This document shows, piece by piece, positions 33,869-44,925 of a DNA stretch of 64,000 nucleotides (the stretch's first letter is position 1; each line of letters opens with the position of its first letter). Position numbers and translations under genes: made by a program. Source of the stretch: Fistulifera solaris. Its lineage: Eukaryota. The stretch is from the NCBI GenBank assembly GCA_030295235.1, contig AP026129.1, forward strand, positions 992,001 through 1,056,000, in the 5' to 3' direction. The notes beneath the pieces are model-generated. The model made no database searches. It saw only the letters and a program-made list of their open reading frames with translations, and was not told the origin of the DNA.

Positions 33869-34330
33869 CGAAAGCACTATAGTATCGAAGTGTTGACCGC
33901 TTTTCAACAGGACTGGATTCAGTCATGAGACGAAACTTTGCTTTGCTCGCTTTTGTCTTTCTTACTCTTATCTGAAGTCAATACAAAGTCGCGATTGAGG
34001 ATCCTTGGTAATTGGTGTCAGTGTCAATGCACCGCTTGATCACTGATGTCGAAACGTCCTCGGAACCGGAACCACTTTCCTTCGAAAGCACTATAGTATC
34101 GAAGTGTTGACCGTTTTTCAACAGGACTGGATTCAGTCATGAGACGAAACTTTGCTTTGCTCGCTTTTGTTTAGGGAAAGAAGCGCTAAATATAATTGCC
34201 AATATATATCCTTGGCCAATGGCCCAGAGTCAGTGCACCGCGGAATCACTGATATGTTGAATGGCCCGTCAAGCCGTTCAATATCAATCAAGCTTATCAT
34301 GGAGAACTGAGATGTCAGTCATGAGAGGAA
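33869..34330. repeat. Intergenic tandem duplication, 214 bp period, with an 88-bp near-identical core
   Basis: 33869-33956 and 34083-34170 differ at one base. Degenerate continuation atccttgg...gcaccgc...atcactgat in both units. Third partial motif cagtcatgaga at ~34316. Confidence 0.9.
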
Positions 34331-34468
34331 TATCTTGTGAGTAGGCTTAAGCGTTTCACTCGTCAGTCTTTCTGCTATATTCTTTCAATATAAAGTATGT
34401 TATGGTAACTTAAAGGGCTGGAAATTCTTAACAAGAAACAAGAGCTAAGGCTGGACCGGAGTATTGGC

Positions 34469-35331
34469 TTACTCGGCCGAATCAATTATCTGAAGTAGGA
34501 GTCTGCTGTAATCTCCGCCAACTTCCGATCGGATACGATCTCTCAAATTTTTCGAGAAAAGCTCTTCATGGGCCACCATAACTTCCTTCAAAATGCCCTG
34601 GTTACGAATGATGGTAGCGGACAAGAGAAGTTCGTTCGTACCCATGCCACGGCAAGCCTTATCGATGAGTTTGGCAGCCGCTTCGTACGGTTTGAGCTTC
34701 ATATCCACCATGTACATGGCGGCTTGCTTGACGTGGCCACCCAATTCTTTCTCCAACACTTTGGGCAAGGTGTAGCCGTGCTTCTCAGCGTACGCCAAGT
34801 TGAGTGCCTTCAAATACTGAGGAGGAGCGGCACAAAGAATTTTGAAAATACCTTTTTCGTTGGTGCCCCACTTGCCCGTGCCGAAACTGTACAATTGTTC
34901 GACATCCGCCTTGATTTTGGCATCATTGTGATAATCGGGGTCGTACTTTTCTTCCGCGGCTTGAAAGACATTGAAGATGAGAGATTCCAAGTTACCCCCC
35001 AATTCCGAGTCCAATCTTCGACCCAAATCTTCCGTCTTCCACGCAAAGTACTTCTTCTTGAGCAGCTCAATCTCCTTATTAGTTCGTCCGCAAATGATGG
35101 AAAAGAGCAAATCTTCATCCGTCCCCGCGCCTTTGCAAGCCTTGTCGATGAGTAGACATTCCGTCTGCACGGGGTCGACGGCCAACAATTGCAACGCCCA
35201 TCCGAAATTGCGATTGCCACATTCCGATTCCATCACTTGGACTAGTTCTTTTCCAAACAACTCTTTGTAGCGAAGAGCCACCTTGTAGCGAGTTTCGGGG
35301 GACATGCTGCCCATGACTTTCAACAAGCGAC

Positions 35332-35380
<49 letters not shown>

Positions 35381-35560
35381 GTGAGAAACCAATTTGTGAA
35401 GAGCGACAGTATTGCTTTGTACTAGTACTTACTCTTCATCGGTACCGAATCCTTTGCAAGCAGCATGGATTTCTTGGCAGATTTGATCTACCTCGTTTCC
35501 GAAAGAATCCGGTGAAAGATCATTTTCATGAATGATGGGCGGGTACAAGTCAATGCTCAT
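34469..35560 (-). CDS. Annexin
   Basis: Four annexin repeats (KGFGTDE, KGAGTDE, GKWGTNE, RGMGTNE). Exon 1 starts MSIDLYPPII at 35560; intron ~35332-35432. Confidence 0.92.
35332..35375. repeat. (TG)n(AG)n microsatellite at the 3' end of the annexin intron
   Basis: tgtgtgtgtgtgt followed by ~15 AG units; reads as a CT-rich polypyrimidine tract on the coding strand. Confidence 0.95.
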
Positions 35561-36052
35561 GGTGGAACTGCGGTACGGCACGTTTTATAGGAGAGTTGAG
35601 CGCTTTTTTTAAATCAATCAATACAAGTATGAGCTTAACGCTCAACTTGTGGTTATGACAAACAAAAAGGATGACGAGAACGAGATGTGGTATAAGTATA
35701 TGCGTTTGGACGGCAAGAGTCAAGGGTATTGATTGACTCGTGCTAAAGACATTCTGTGTCTCATGTCTTCGGCATTTGGTTGCCGCGATCCGCGATGACT
35801 TTTGCGAGGTCTTGTAAAGATTCGCCATCATTCGCCTAGTCAAAAATCGTGATTTCGTGTCGCATAGGGTTTTTACTCATGACTCACGCACATCCACCAT
35901 CAACGCGTGATTTTTACAACTTGGCGCACTTTTGTAAACCTGGAATGTTCACATGGTTGCTTTTCTGCTAGTATGATTGCAAATAATATGTTACAGCATT
36001 CAACCCTTATTTGAGTGGTAACTATCAGTTACTTTGTCGATACAAACGATCC

Positions 36053-37538
36053 ATGACGAATATGACCCACGCTGACGACGAATTCACGGCCGCCTTCCAA
36101 GGTCTGGCGAAGCATCTGTTTCCGGATGGATGTCCGTATCCAAGTCTCGAATTGATATGGCCGCACTACGATCGAACGGCAGCGAAATGGACGGATGCCA
36201 TCAATTCGTACGAACAAGTCATCCAGTATAGTCTCCGGAATGGCTTGTCGTCACTCCAAATGCACGCGATGGTCGTGTCCGTGCGTGCGATGCTGCCGCC
36301 ATCCAAATACAAAGGACCTTTTGCAACTCCATCCTACTTTGAAAAAACAGTACAAGCCATCATACCCCGCGAACCAATACCACCATCCGCTCTCGATGAA
36401 CTGATCTCCGGAGTCACGGCGAGCGAGAAAGGACGATCCTCGGTGTTGCAGTTTCTTACCTTGGCGGTTAAATACGGATGTGTGGAATGGCATGTTTTGG
36501 AACAGCGATTTTATTCCTTTTTCCTGCACTGGTCACTGCAGGCGGAAACCTGTAACGACGCGGTGCGCTTGTTGCTGCTTTTGTCGCCCCGGTCCCGCTA
36601 CGCTACAAGACTACTTTCGCGGAAAGAAACATCGGGATCTCTCTTATTGCTGGTGGAGCTCTATACGGGAGTCGCTACCCAGAATCATCGTCTCCCATTT
36701 TTGAATCGCGAATGGGAACAATCATTTCAAAGGTTTCACAAGCCGTGTTCTTTGGTGGCTCTTCAGTGGTCCGACCTGGATTATTCTTGGAAAACTTTCC
36801 AGCTCTCTCGAGTTGCCAAAATGAAGCCGTCTATGACACAGAGTCGATCCGTTCTATTCGAGCGCTGGTGGGATGTAGGGACGCAGAAAGATTTATTGGA
36901 GAAATGGGCGTGTGTGCCCACGGACTTGTTGGTACAACGCGTACTCCCCACTGTGGGATGGTCGAGACGCCGACTGGTTCCTGCACGCACTTCCGTTGCA
37001 TCCACAAGTACTTCCGTACTTGGAGCGACATTTCTTGTTTGGCTCATCGGCAGTACAGATGGCAGTGGGAGACTATTGGATGAGACTGATGCAAAGTGGC
37101 GGCGATTCGGAAGTTGTTGCAATGGTGCAGGATTTGCTGCTTCGTGCATTATTGTTGGACTTAAGCTCGGTGGTCGCATTCATTGCCTATGATTTCCTCG
37201 ACAAGAGTACTCTCCCTCCGGATCCTACATTGCTGTACCTGTTGGGTTTATCGGCCGTGAGCTGGGAACGGTTCTGTCAACTGATTGTCCGTTACAAGAA
37301 GGAAGGGCGGATGGATGTTTCAGTTTTGGATAAGTTAGTTGATCACATTCGACGAATACTTTCCGGAGGACCCAATCTGGAAGATATGTGTCATCGAGAA
37401 TCGGTAAAGAGACGATTGGCGGCTCTGGCAAACCGTAATAACAACTCTGAAGATTCTCACCCGTGGCTACCCGAACTAGCGGAAGCTATTCAAAAGGATT
37501 GGCCAGACGCCAATCAATTTTTGACTAAGATATCATAG
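36053..37538 (+). CDS. Probable centromere protein CENP-I/Mis6 homolog
   Basis: Motif order resembles CENP-I as recalled: NGL..., IIP...I, FYSFF...LLLLL, LLLVELY. LPLWDG appears after removing one C at ~36948. Confidence 0.5.
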
Positions 37539-37937
37539 TTGTTTATAATCAATCATATTATCGAACAATAGAACTTTGATTTCCAAGTACCGGTACCGGT
37601 ATCTAGCTTCTTTCAACGGGTCCGGTTTCCGGTGTGTGTCTGTGTGAGTGATGACGACTACAACGTGACTGGTTACCCACAACTACTAATCTCTTGGCTA
37701 TAAAGATTGGTCCTACAGTGATTCAGTACATTAAAGCGCTATACAGTGATCAGTAATCAGTGTGACCGCAACGACAAAGAAAAAGCCACGAGTTGTTGAT
37801 GAGAGTGGAATGACCGTTTGCAAAAGCAGACACACGAGCACGAGGGCATTGCCTGCTTTTGCATCGATCACCTCGCCGCGACCATCACTACTGTAACATT
37901 ACGGATTATTCTATTATTTGTTTAACAAGGATAAATC

Positions 37938-39972
37938 ATGAAGGGGTTATCTAGGGCGTTTTTGTTTTATCCACAATAGTATCGACTGTCGCGGCAGACG
38001 GCTCCGATCATAAATACAAAGAGGGTGAACATGTCGAGTTGTGGGTGAACAAGGTTCGTAGTAACATTCCGCGGCTGGCGATTGCCCAAGAATGGAAGCA
38101 TTTCACTAATAATTCCTTTTTGTACAGGTCGGTCCTTATGCTAACCCACAGGAAGCGTACGAGTATTACACGCTCCCGTATTGCGCCCCCGACACGAAGC
38201 ACCATCCAGATCAGGGCGGAAAGTTTCAAAACTACAAATTTCAGTCCATCGGTGAATACCTGGGCGGACACGTGTTGCGTCATTCCGGGCACGATATCGT
38301 CTTCGATCCAAAAGAGAAGACGGAAAGTTGTTCGACCAAGCCACTCACCAAGGAGCAGGCGGATCAGTTTATTTATGCGGTGCAGCACCGATGGTTCTAC
38401 CAGATGTATCTCGATGACTTGCCGGTGTGGGGTATGGTGGGTGAGCTGGAACCGAAAAGTGGTGGTTTGCAATATCAAGAAAAGGATGATCTGCAGCACT
38501 TGGAAAATTTGCGCGATGATGTGACGGATCTATCCCAGTACACGCCTAAAGTCTTCACGGTCCGCAATATGCTCATTAAATACAATGGCGCGCAGATTGT
38601 GCAAGTGGATTTGCACAGCGACAACTTACAGGAAGTCAAAGAAGGTGCCTCGTTGACATTTGAATTGCGTGTGCAATGGGAAGCTACCACGGAAGAGTTC
38701 CACAGTCGCTTTGAACGCTATCTGGATCATGAATTTTTCAAACATCCGATTCATTGGTTTTCCGTTTTCAACTCATTCATGATGGTTCTATTCCTTATGG
38801 GTCTGGTTGCTCTCATTTTACTTCGTACCTTGAAACGAGACTATGCTCGTTATGGGATTGTCGATATGGAAGAAGGTGGTTACAGTGAAGAAGATGACGA
38901 AGGCAAACCTCTCGCTCAGCAAGAGGAAGCGGGGTGGAAGCAGGTTCACGGAGACGTTTTCCGTGCCCCAGATGGACTACCGATCATTGCAGCGTTGCTC
39001 GGAACAGGCTGGCAGCTAGTTATCTTGACTCTTTCCGTTATTTTGTTCGCTGTTTTGGGTCCATTGCACGGTGAAGTACATGAAGAGCGCGGTGAAGTGT
39101 TAACGGCGATCATTGTATGTTATTCGCTATCTTCGATCGTTTCGGGCTACAGCTCTGGAAAATATTTTAAAATGTATTACCCAACGACCTCAGCGGCGCG
39201 ACGTGCTGCGACGACGGGAGGGGCCAAGACTACTCTCTGGCAAATGGTGATGGGATTGACCGTTTTGCTACTGCCCACTCTCACCGTGGCTGTGTTGTCC
39301 GTTTTAAATACTGTATCCTTGATCTATGGAACAATTCACACGATTCCTTTTAGTGTGATTTTGAAATTATTCCTGATTTGGATCTTTGTTTCCGTTCCGC
39401 TGTGTGTCATTGGTACCATGATTGGGCGACATACGACCAGTGCCGGTAAAGGAACAACTGCTGTGCTCGAATATTTCCCGTGTCGAGTAAATGCTATTCC
39501 CAGACCCATTCCGGAAGAAGTTCCGTGGTATGGAAAGCCATCTGGCCTGGTCCCTCTAGCCGGACTTTTGTCCTTCGGCAGTATCTTCATTGAGCTGTAC
39601 TACATTCTTACGTCGCTGTGGAACTACAAGTTCTACCATGTCTACGGCTTTCTTCTAGGTGTGTACGGTATCCTCGTCATTGTTGTCGGTATGACCAGCA
39701 TCATTGTTGTATATTTCTGTTTGAATGCAGAAAACTACCACTGGCAGTGGACTGCATTTGCGAGCGGAGCCAGCACGGCGGTGTACGTCTTCTTGTACGG
39801 CATCTATTACTTCTTGTTCAAGACACAAATGCACGGAGCGTTGCAGACGATTTTCTACTTTGGGTACATGACACTGCTCTCGGTGCACATTGGCTTACTA
39901 TGTGGCACGTTGGGTCATGGTGCGGCTAGTCGATTTGTTCGTGCCATTTTCCAGAACGTCAAAGTTGATTAA
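37938..39972 (+). CDS. Transmembrane 9 superfamily (nonaspanin/EMP70) protein
   Basis: LWVNKVGPYANPQEAYEYY, IHWFSVFNS, GWKQVHGDVFR, NAENYHWQW and C-terminal VKVD. Intron 38054-38127. Homopolymer frameshift at ~37966. Confidence 0.95.
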
Positions 39973-40096
39973 AGCCCATTTTCTATTTCTTGAAAAAAAT
40001 TAATTAAAAAACTGCCAATGCAAGAAAAATGACATAAAAGTATTCGCTTCGCTTTATTAGCAGCGTTTTCTGCGAAAATCTTACCGAAGCGAGAAG

Positions 40097-40831
40097 TCAT
40101 GCATGCGAAATTGTGTTGCTTTTTAAAGTACAACATCCGTTTGTATCTTTGAGCAAACTACCGATTCCTGGATTCAAAGAGTTCATCACTGACCACGCAA
40201 AATGAAAACTGGACTGGTTCGATGGTAGTTTCACGCTTGCCATAGTCAGTGGTGACGGCAATGCTGAGAGTTTGGGTGAAATAATTGGCGGAGGAGGACC
40301 CATAGGAGTGTGCTTGATCCCGATGTTGGACTGCGAGAGCATGCTAACCTTACGTGGTGTTGTATCTGGCTTTTTCGCAATGTCTTTAGGCGTGAGAGGA
40401 GTCATGGTATGCTGGCTCCAGTTGATCGAATGCAATCGCGCTCCGTTCTTCGCGACGGTATATCTGTAAAACGGATTCAGCTGTCCAGCCATGTATTTAT
40501 ATCGCACTACTTCTTGTTGATAGCATATAGATTGTTCTCTAGCTCTTTTTTCGAAGCGTGCTCGTTCGTCTTTTGTGAGACTGTTCCATCGGAAGGCAAA
40601 GGCTAAATGCAGGTGATCTTTCGGTCGATTTCCAAATAGTGACTCTACGGGACACAGGCCAAATATGCTCTGCCTATACTCCTCACTCCATTTTTGTTTT
40701 TCCTCTTCGCAAAAGAGATCAAATGCTGTTGGGGGCGGTTGTGGTATTGCAAGGGGCTTCACGAGTGGCCTCATCTTTCGCGGACGTTTTGCGAGGACCT
40801 TTGCTTCGTTGCCACTACTACTGTTCACCAT
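40097..40831 (-). CDS. HMG-box protein
   Basis: PQPPPTAFDLFC...RWNSLTKDERARFEKRAREQSICYQQE matches the HMG-box pattern. Confidence 0.75.
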   Translation of the reverse strand: MVNSSSGNEAKVLAKRPRKMRPLVKPLAIPQPPPTAFDLFCEEEKQKWSEEYRQSIFGLCPVESLFGNRPKDHLHLAFAFRWNSLTKDERARFEKRAREQSICYQQEVVRYKYMAGQLNPFYRYTVAKNGARLHSINWSQHTMTPLTPKDIAKKPDTTPRKVSMLSQSNIGIKHTPMGPPPPIISPKLSALPSPLTMASVKLPSNQSSFHFAWSVMNSLNPGIGSLLKDTNGCCTLKSNTISHA

Positions 40832-41295
40832 GGTCCTCTGAGGTTACGGAAATTCGCAAGAACATTGTCGATGATTCGAATGCCTTTTCTCGCTCGTCGA
40901 CAACTTCTTTCTCACAGAAAAGTGAAGTGTCTGCATTGTCGCCCGAAAACGCAAGAAATGCTGGAAGTAAAAATGCTTGCTTCCCGAACTTTCGCTTAGA
41001 GGCAATGAGTACCGTATCACTGGGTCCCATTTCTGAACTGTTTCTGAGTTCACAAATCAAGACTGAACAGTGTGAGTGAGTCATGAGGAACATGACGAAA
41101 GGAACTGTGGTCCTTGCAGTACCTCGAAAAACGCCGTCGGTCGCGTTTTTTCCCCGAACGACGACGACATCAACCACAATACCAAAATTAGCATCGAAGC
41201 ACCGCAAAGCAGGAAATGAAGAACATATCATTGTGGCACAAGATTAGGGAGTTAGAGCATGCCTTTACGTATTGTTGCGGATCGCATTAATTGTC

Positions 41296-43593
41296 ATGAA
41301 ACGTAATCGGAGATCACCGATATCAATAAGTCTATCGGAAAGTGGCAACATTGCGCGTTTGGAGGACGACGAACAAGGGTATATTCACCATTACCCCAGG
41401 GAAGATGCTATCATTCGCAACATTGCGTCTTTTATGACGCTATCCGATGCTACATCTTTGACTTCAGCGTGGCCGGATCATGCGGATGCTGGAATTACTC
41501 CTGCTGATTCTTGGGCGGTTGGCGTTGAATTACACCCAGAAGATTCGTGGGATATTGCAACACCTTTAACGCCGGCTTTGGTGGCCTTATCGCCGTGCGA
41601 GAACGGACAGGATGATCATCTAGAAAGCATGGACGACCTACTTCGTGAAAGGCGGCGCCAGTGGGCGCAAGAAAAATTAACCACGGCTATTTTCGCTCAT
41701 CCGCGATCGCTACGCTCGTATTGTTTGGAGGCATATTCCGCGGCAAAAGATATTCGCGCACAGAACCAACAACAGCATGATCTTCGCAAAGGAGATCCGG
41801 AAACTTTAGTCGAACCGTCGAAGCTGGACCATCCCTCAACTAGAAAACGAAAACAGAACTTGAAAGTCATTCATGATCTCATCGATATTGTTTTTCATAA
41901 TGTCCCCTTGTCTGTTCTGATTGATATCGTCGAAGCAACTACCGGATTATGCCTTGACACAACAGTTGCGGCATTCTGTTTCACGAAAAGGTCGATTCGT
42001 GCATTCTTTTCCGCCATAGTGGCGCTCATAGGAGCGGCATGGGATGCTGTGACCAATTTCAACCCCTTCCAGCTTTTGGAAGCCATCATTACGATGCAAT
42101 TCAACGCGATGGGGAAAACGAGTGAAGCTCTCGCTAGCGGCTTGCAGAGTGTTGCGACGGGTGTGGGGTCGGCGAGTAGTATGGCGTTGAATCGTTTCTC
42201 TGGGGCTAATCTATCGGGAGTCATGTCGGCTTCGTCTCTCGCTGCCGGTGGACACTCTAAGAGGGGGACAATAGCAGTCAATCAAAAGCTGCTAAAGAAG
42301 TTGAGCACCATCAATGATGCAGCTTTTGTGGTGTCTTATAAAGAGTATGAAGATGATACCGGAGGACTCACTCGAAAGGCGATCAGTCGAACACGACGAA
42401 TGATGCACTACGCTGTCTCTCTTCGACCCTTTGTGGCAACAGTTGCAGTAAATCAGGAGGGTGGCGGATCCCCCATGCTTGCCACAAATGAGAGTGATTC
42501 AGATGAAAGTGACTCGGCGGGCGATGGGGACAGTCCGTTTATGTGCACTCCTCAGTCGTTTCCTCCGACACCACATTCAAGGCAATTTGTTTTGATGCAA
42601 AAGTCGCGATTTTCGGAAGACGACATTTTTGCTGCACGCGATCGCCTTCGTCTACACGATGCTCTAGCTAGTGAAGATGAGAAAACTCGGGAGATGGCAG
42701 CTGCGCTGAAGGAGAATAGGATTCTAGCTGTGTTCGACGACCGAGATGGCAGAGAGAGTGATATCGAACTACGGTGTGGCGGACATGTAGCAACCAAAGT
42801 AGGTAGTATGTACTATTCAACCGCCCGAGGAAGAGTCCCGTTGTTGCGGAATTGTTACGTCTATTTTGAAATGTCGGTCCTTCCGAATATCCGAAGTATT
42901 CCACCTATCACCTTGCCCACTTTGTCGATCGGACTATCTACCGAGGAAATGCCTCCAAATACTTTAGTAGGTGCCTGGCAAGGCTCCGTGGGTTTGTGTA
43001 CAAACGGACAAATCTTAACAGGAGGACAGTGGTGTGCCTCACCGGATCCTGCTTTGAATTGTTACACTGCTGGTTCTACGGTTGGGTGCTTAGTTCGCCT
43101 AGACGACGACTCAGCGTTTGAAACCTGGGATGGCGTCATGATTACGGCTACAGTTACATTCTCTGTCGACGGTCGCCGAGTGTCGCCAGTCATATTCCCA
43201 CCTTCTGATTTGCAGCCAAAAGCCCCTCCAACCTTATCTGCAGCTGTTACCTCAACATCTCTCGACATCAAGCCTTCGTCGTTGGATAGCAAGCTAAGGA
43301 CGATGGGTGCTTCTCAAATCTCCGTTACACCGGATCTACTCGCTAGACCTCCCATGTCCTTCGGTCCTCCCGAGATACTGGGCTCAAATCCTCCCTTTCC
43401 TACCGCTTCTGTGAAACTGTTGGTTCCGGCGGCCGAAGATGTCTTTCCTACGGTGACGATGCAGAGTGTGGCAACATCTGTTATGTGTCGTTTCTCTTCC
43501 CAGGATATCTTAGCTACCTCACGCAATATGATCGGTGCCCCCGACGATGGGTCGCTTGTTTACGCAGTCGATGGTAGTGTTTTGAATTTCTAG
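41296..43593 (+). CDS. SPRY/B30.2 domain protein
   Basis: YVYFEMSV, LSIGLST, NTLVG..SVG, GSTVGCLV, TFSVDG and VFPTVTM. Start codon uncertain. Confidence 0.75.
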   Translation: MKRNRRSPISISLSESGNIARLEDDEQGYIHHYPREDAIIRNIASFMTLSDATSLTSAWPDHADAGITPADSWAVGVELHPEDSWDIATPLTPALVALSPCENGQDDHLESMDDLLRERRRQWAQEKLTTAIFAHPRSLRSYCLEAYSAAKDIRAQNQQQHDLRKGDPETLVEPSKLDHPSTRKRKQNLKVIHDLIDIVFHNVPLSVLIDIVEATTGLCLDTTVAAFCFTKRSIRAFFSAIVALIGAAWDAVTNFNPFQLLEAIITMQFNAMGKTSEALASGLQSVATGVGSASSMALNRFSGANLSGVMSASSLAAGGHSKRGTIAVNQKLLKKLSTINDAAFVVSYKEYEDDTGGLTRKAISRTRRMMHYAVSLRPFVATVAVNQEGGGSPMLATNESDSDESDSAGDGDSPFMCTPQSFPPTPHSRQFVLMQKSRFSEDDIFAARDRLRLHDALASEDEKTREMAAALKENRILAVFDDRDGRESDIELRCGGHVATKVGSMYYSTARGRVPLLRNCYVYFEMSVLPNIRSIPPITLPTLSIGLSTEEMPPNTLVGAWQGSVGLCTNGQILTGGQWCASPDPALNCYTAGSTVGCLVRLDDDSAFETWDGVMITATVTFSVDGRRVSPVIFPPSDLQPKAPPTLSAAVTSTSLDIKPSSLDSKLRTMGASQISVTPDLLARPPMSFGPPEILGSNPPFPTASVKLLVPAAEDVFPTVTMQSVATSVMCRFSSQDILATSRNMIGAPDDGSLVYAVDGSVLNF

Positions 43594-43647
43594 AACAGTT
43601 AATAATATAGTTGTCGTATCTATCGAGTGAATGACTGTCGTCGTTCT

Positions 43648-44634
43648 TTATATACTTCGTGTAGCCGCAATGGCCGCACCGACTTTCGACCTAGTGGGTT
43701 TACCAAGAAGAGCGCAAATGAATTCGGCAGCACCCACGAGTTTCGTGAGATCGATCCCCGTCTCAATACCCATACCGTGGAGCATGTACACGACATCCTC
43801 GGTGGCCACATTTCCCGATGCTCCTTTCGCGTAAGGACAACCACCTAAACCGGCTACCGACGAATCGATAGTAGTGATACCTTGCTCAAGAGAGACCAGG
43901 ATGTTGACGAGTCCTTGACCGTATGTATCGTGAAAGTGAACGGCAATCTGCTTCTTTTCCTGGCCAGAGAATTCCTGCAGTAGTCTCTTGGTCTCGAAGG
44001 GTGTCCCCACCCCAATCGTATCACCTAGAGACACTTGGTAGCATCCCATTTCAAACAGTTTCCTGGTCACCATCGCTACTTGCGCCGAGGAAATGGTTCC
44101 TTCATACGGACAAGCGATGGCACACGAAACATACCCTCGTACGGGCCAAGAATGTTGTGCGGCCGTCTCGATCACGGGACGGAATCGTTCTAACGATTCG
44201 GCAATACTGCAATTGATGTTTCTCTGAGAAAAAGTTTCACTCGCGGCAGCAAAGATGGCAATTTCGTCTACGCGGGTGCATCGGAGAGCTTGTTCCAGGC
44301 CTCGTAGATTCGGAACCAAAGCCGCCAGGGTCGTGTGACGAGGCAAGTGGATGAGTTCTTGGAACACTTGTTCGGTATCGGCCATTTGCGGAACCCATTT
44401 GGGTGAGACAAAACTCCCGGCTTCAATGTACGAGCATCCCGCGGATGTCAGCATTCGTATCAATTGTGCTCTGTCTTGCACGGAAAGTGTCACCAACTCG
44501 TTCTGCAGACCATCGCGAGGACCCACTTCGACAATGCGGACGGCTGGTGTGGTCAGAAAATGCCGTCTTTTAACGAAGTGGCCCGTTCGAAGACGATTTT
44601 GGAGTGTAGATGTGAAATGAACGATGACTTTCAT
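43648..44634 (-). CDS. HMGCL: Hydroxymethylglutaryl-CoA lyase, mitochondrial
   Basis: EVGPRDGLQNE, SFVSPKWVPQMAD, SLGDTIG, HFHDTYGQ and GLGGCPYAKGASGNVATED. The start at 44634 is inferred; an upstream ATG exists at 44751. Confidence 0.95.
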   Translation of the reverse strand: MKVIVHFTSTLQNRLRTGHFVKRRHFLTTPAVRIVEVGPRDGLQNELVTLSVQDRAQLIRMLTSAGCSYIEAGSFVSPKWVPQMADTEQVFQELIHLPRHTTLAALVPNLRGLEQALRCTRVDEIAIFAAASETFSQRNINCSIAESLERFRPVIETAAQHSWPVRGYVSCAIACPYEGTISSAQVAMVTRKLFEMGCYQVSLGDTIGVGTPFETKRLLQEFSGQEKKQIAVHFHDTYGQGLVNILVSLEQGITTIDSSVAGLGGCPYAKGASGNVATEDVVYMLHGMGIETGIDLTKLVGAAEFICALLGKPTRSKVGAAIAATRSI

Positions 44635-44925
44635 CGATACTTGAATTAGGGATGTTTTTCTCCTCAATTTATGCGTGTTCTCAATCGGTTGCGAAACAGT
44701 GTCATCATGACGAGTTTGTGTTCTTTTATCTAAATTCCTGTTTTTGTGCATTTTTTCGAGGCAAGGAAAAGTTCGTCAAGACATTACTCTCTTCAAAGGA
44801 GTAGGCGAAATGCTATCTACGACTTGAGCGATTTCAGTCCCGGAAAAGTTGCATCTACTGCAATCTTTTTTTCAAAAAACAATCATCGATGCAAAAACGA
44901 ACACGTCAAGTCTATCTTTTGAAGA

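Noticed and set aside
37620..37860. Possible box C/D snoRNA (GTGATGA-like strings)
   Set aside because: No convincing D box with terminal stem or rRNA guide could be identified by eye.
5782..44634. Lipid/acetyl-CoA gene cluster (WS/DGAT, citrate synthase, ZEP, HMG-CoA lyase)
   Set aside because: The genes are far apart, separated by unrelated genes and act in different compartments.
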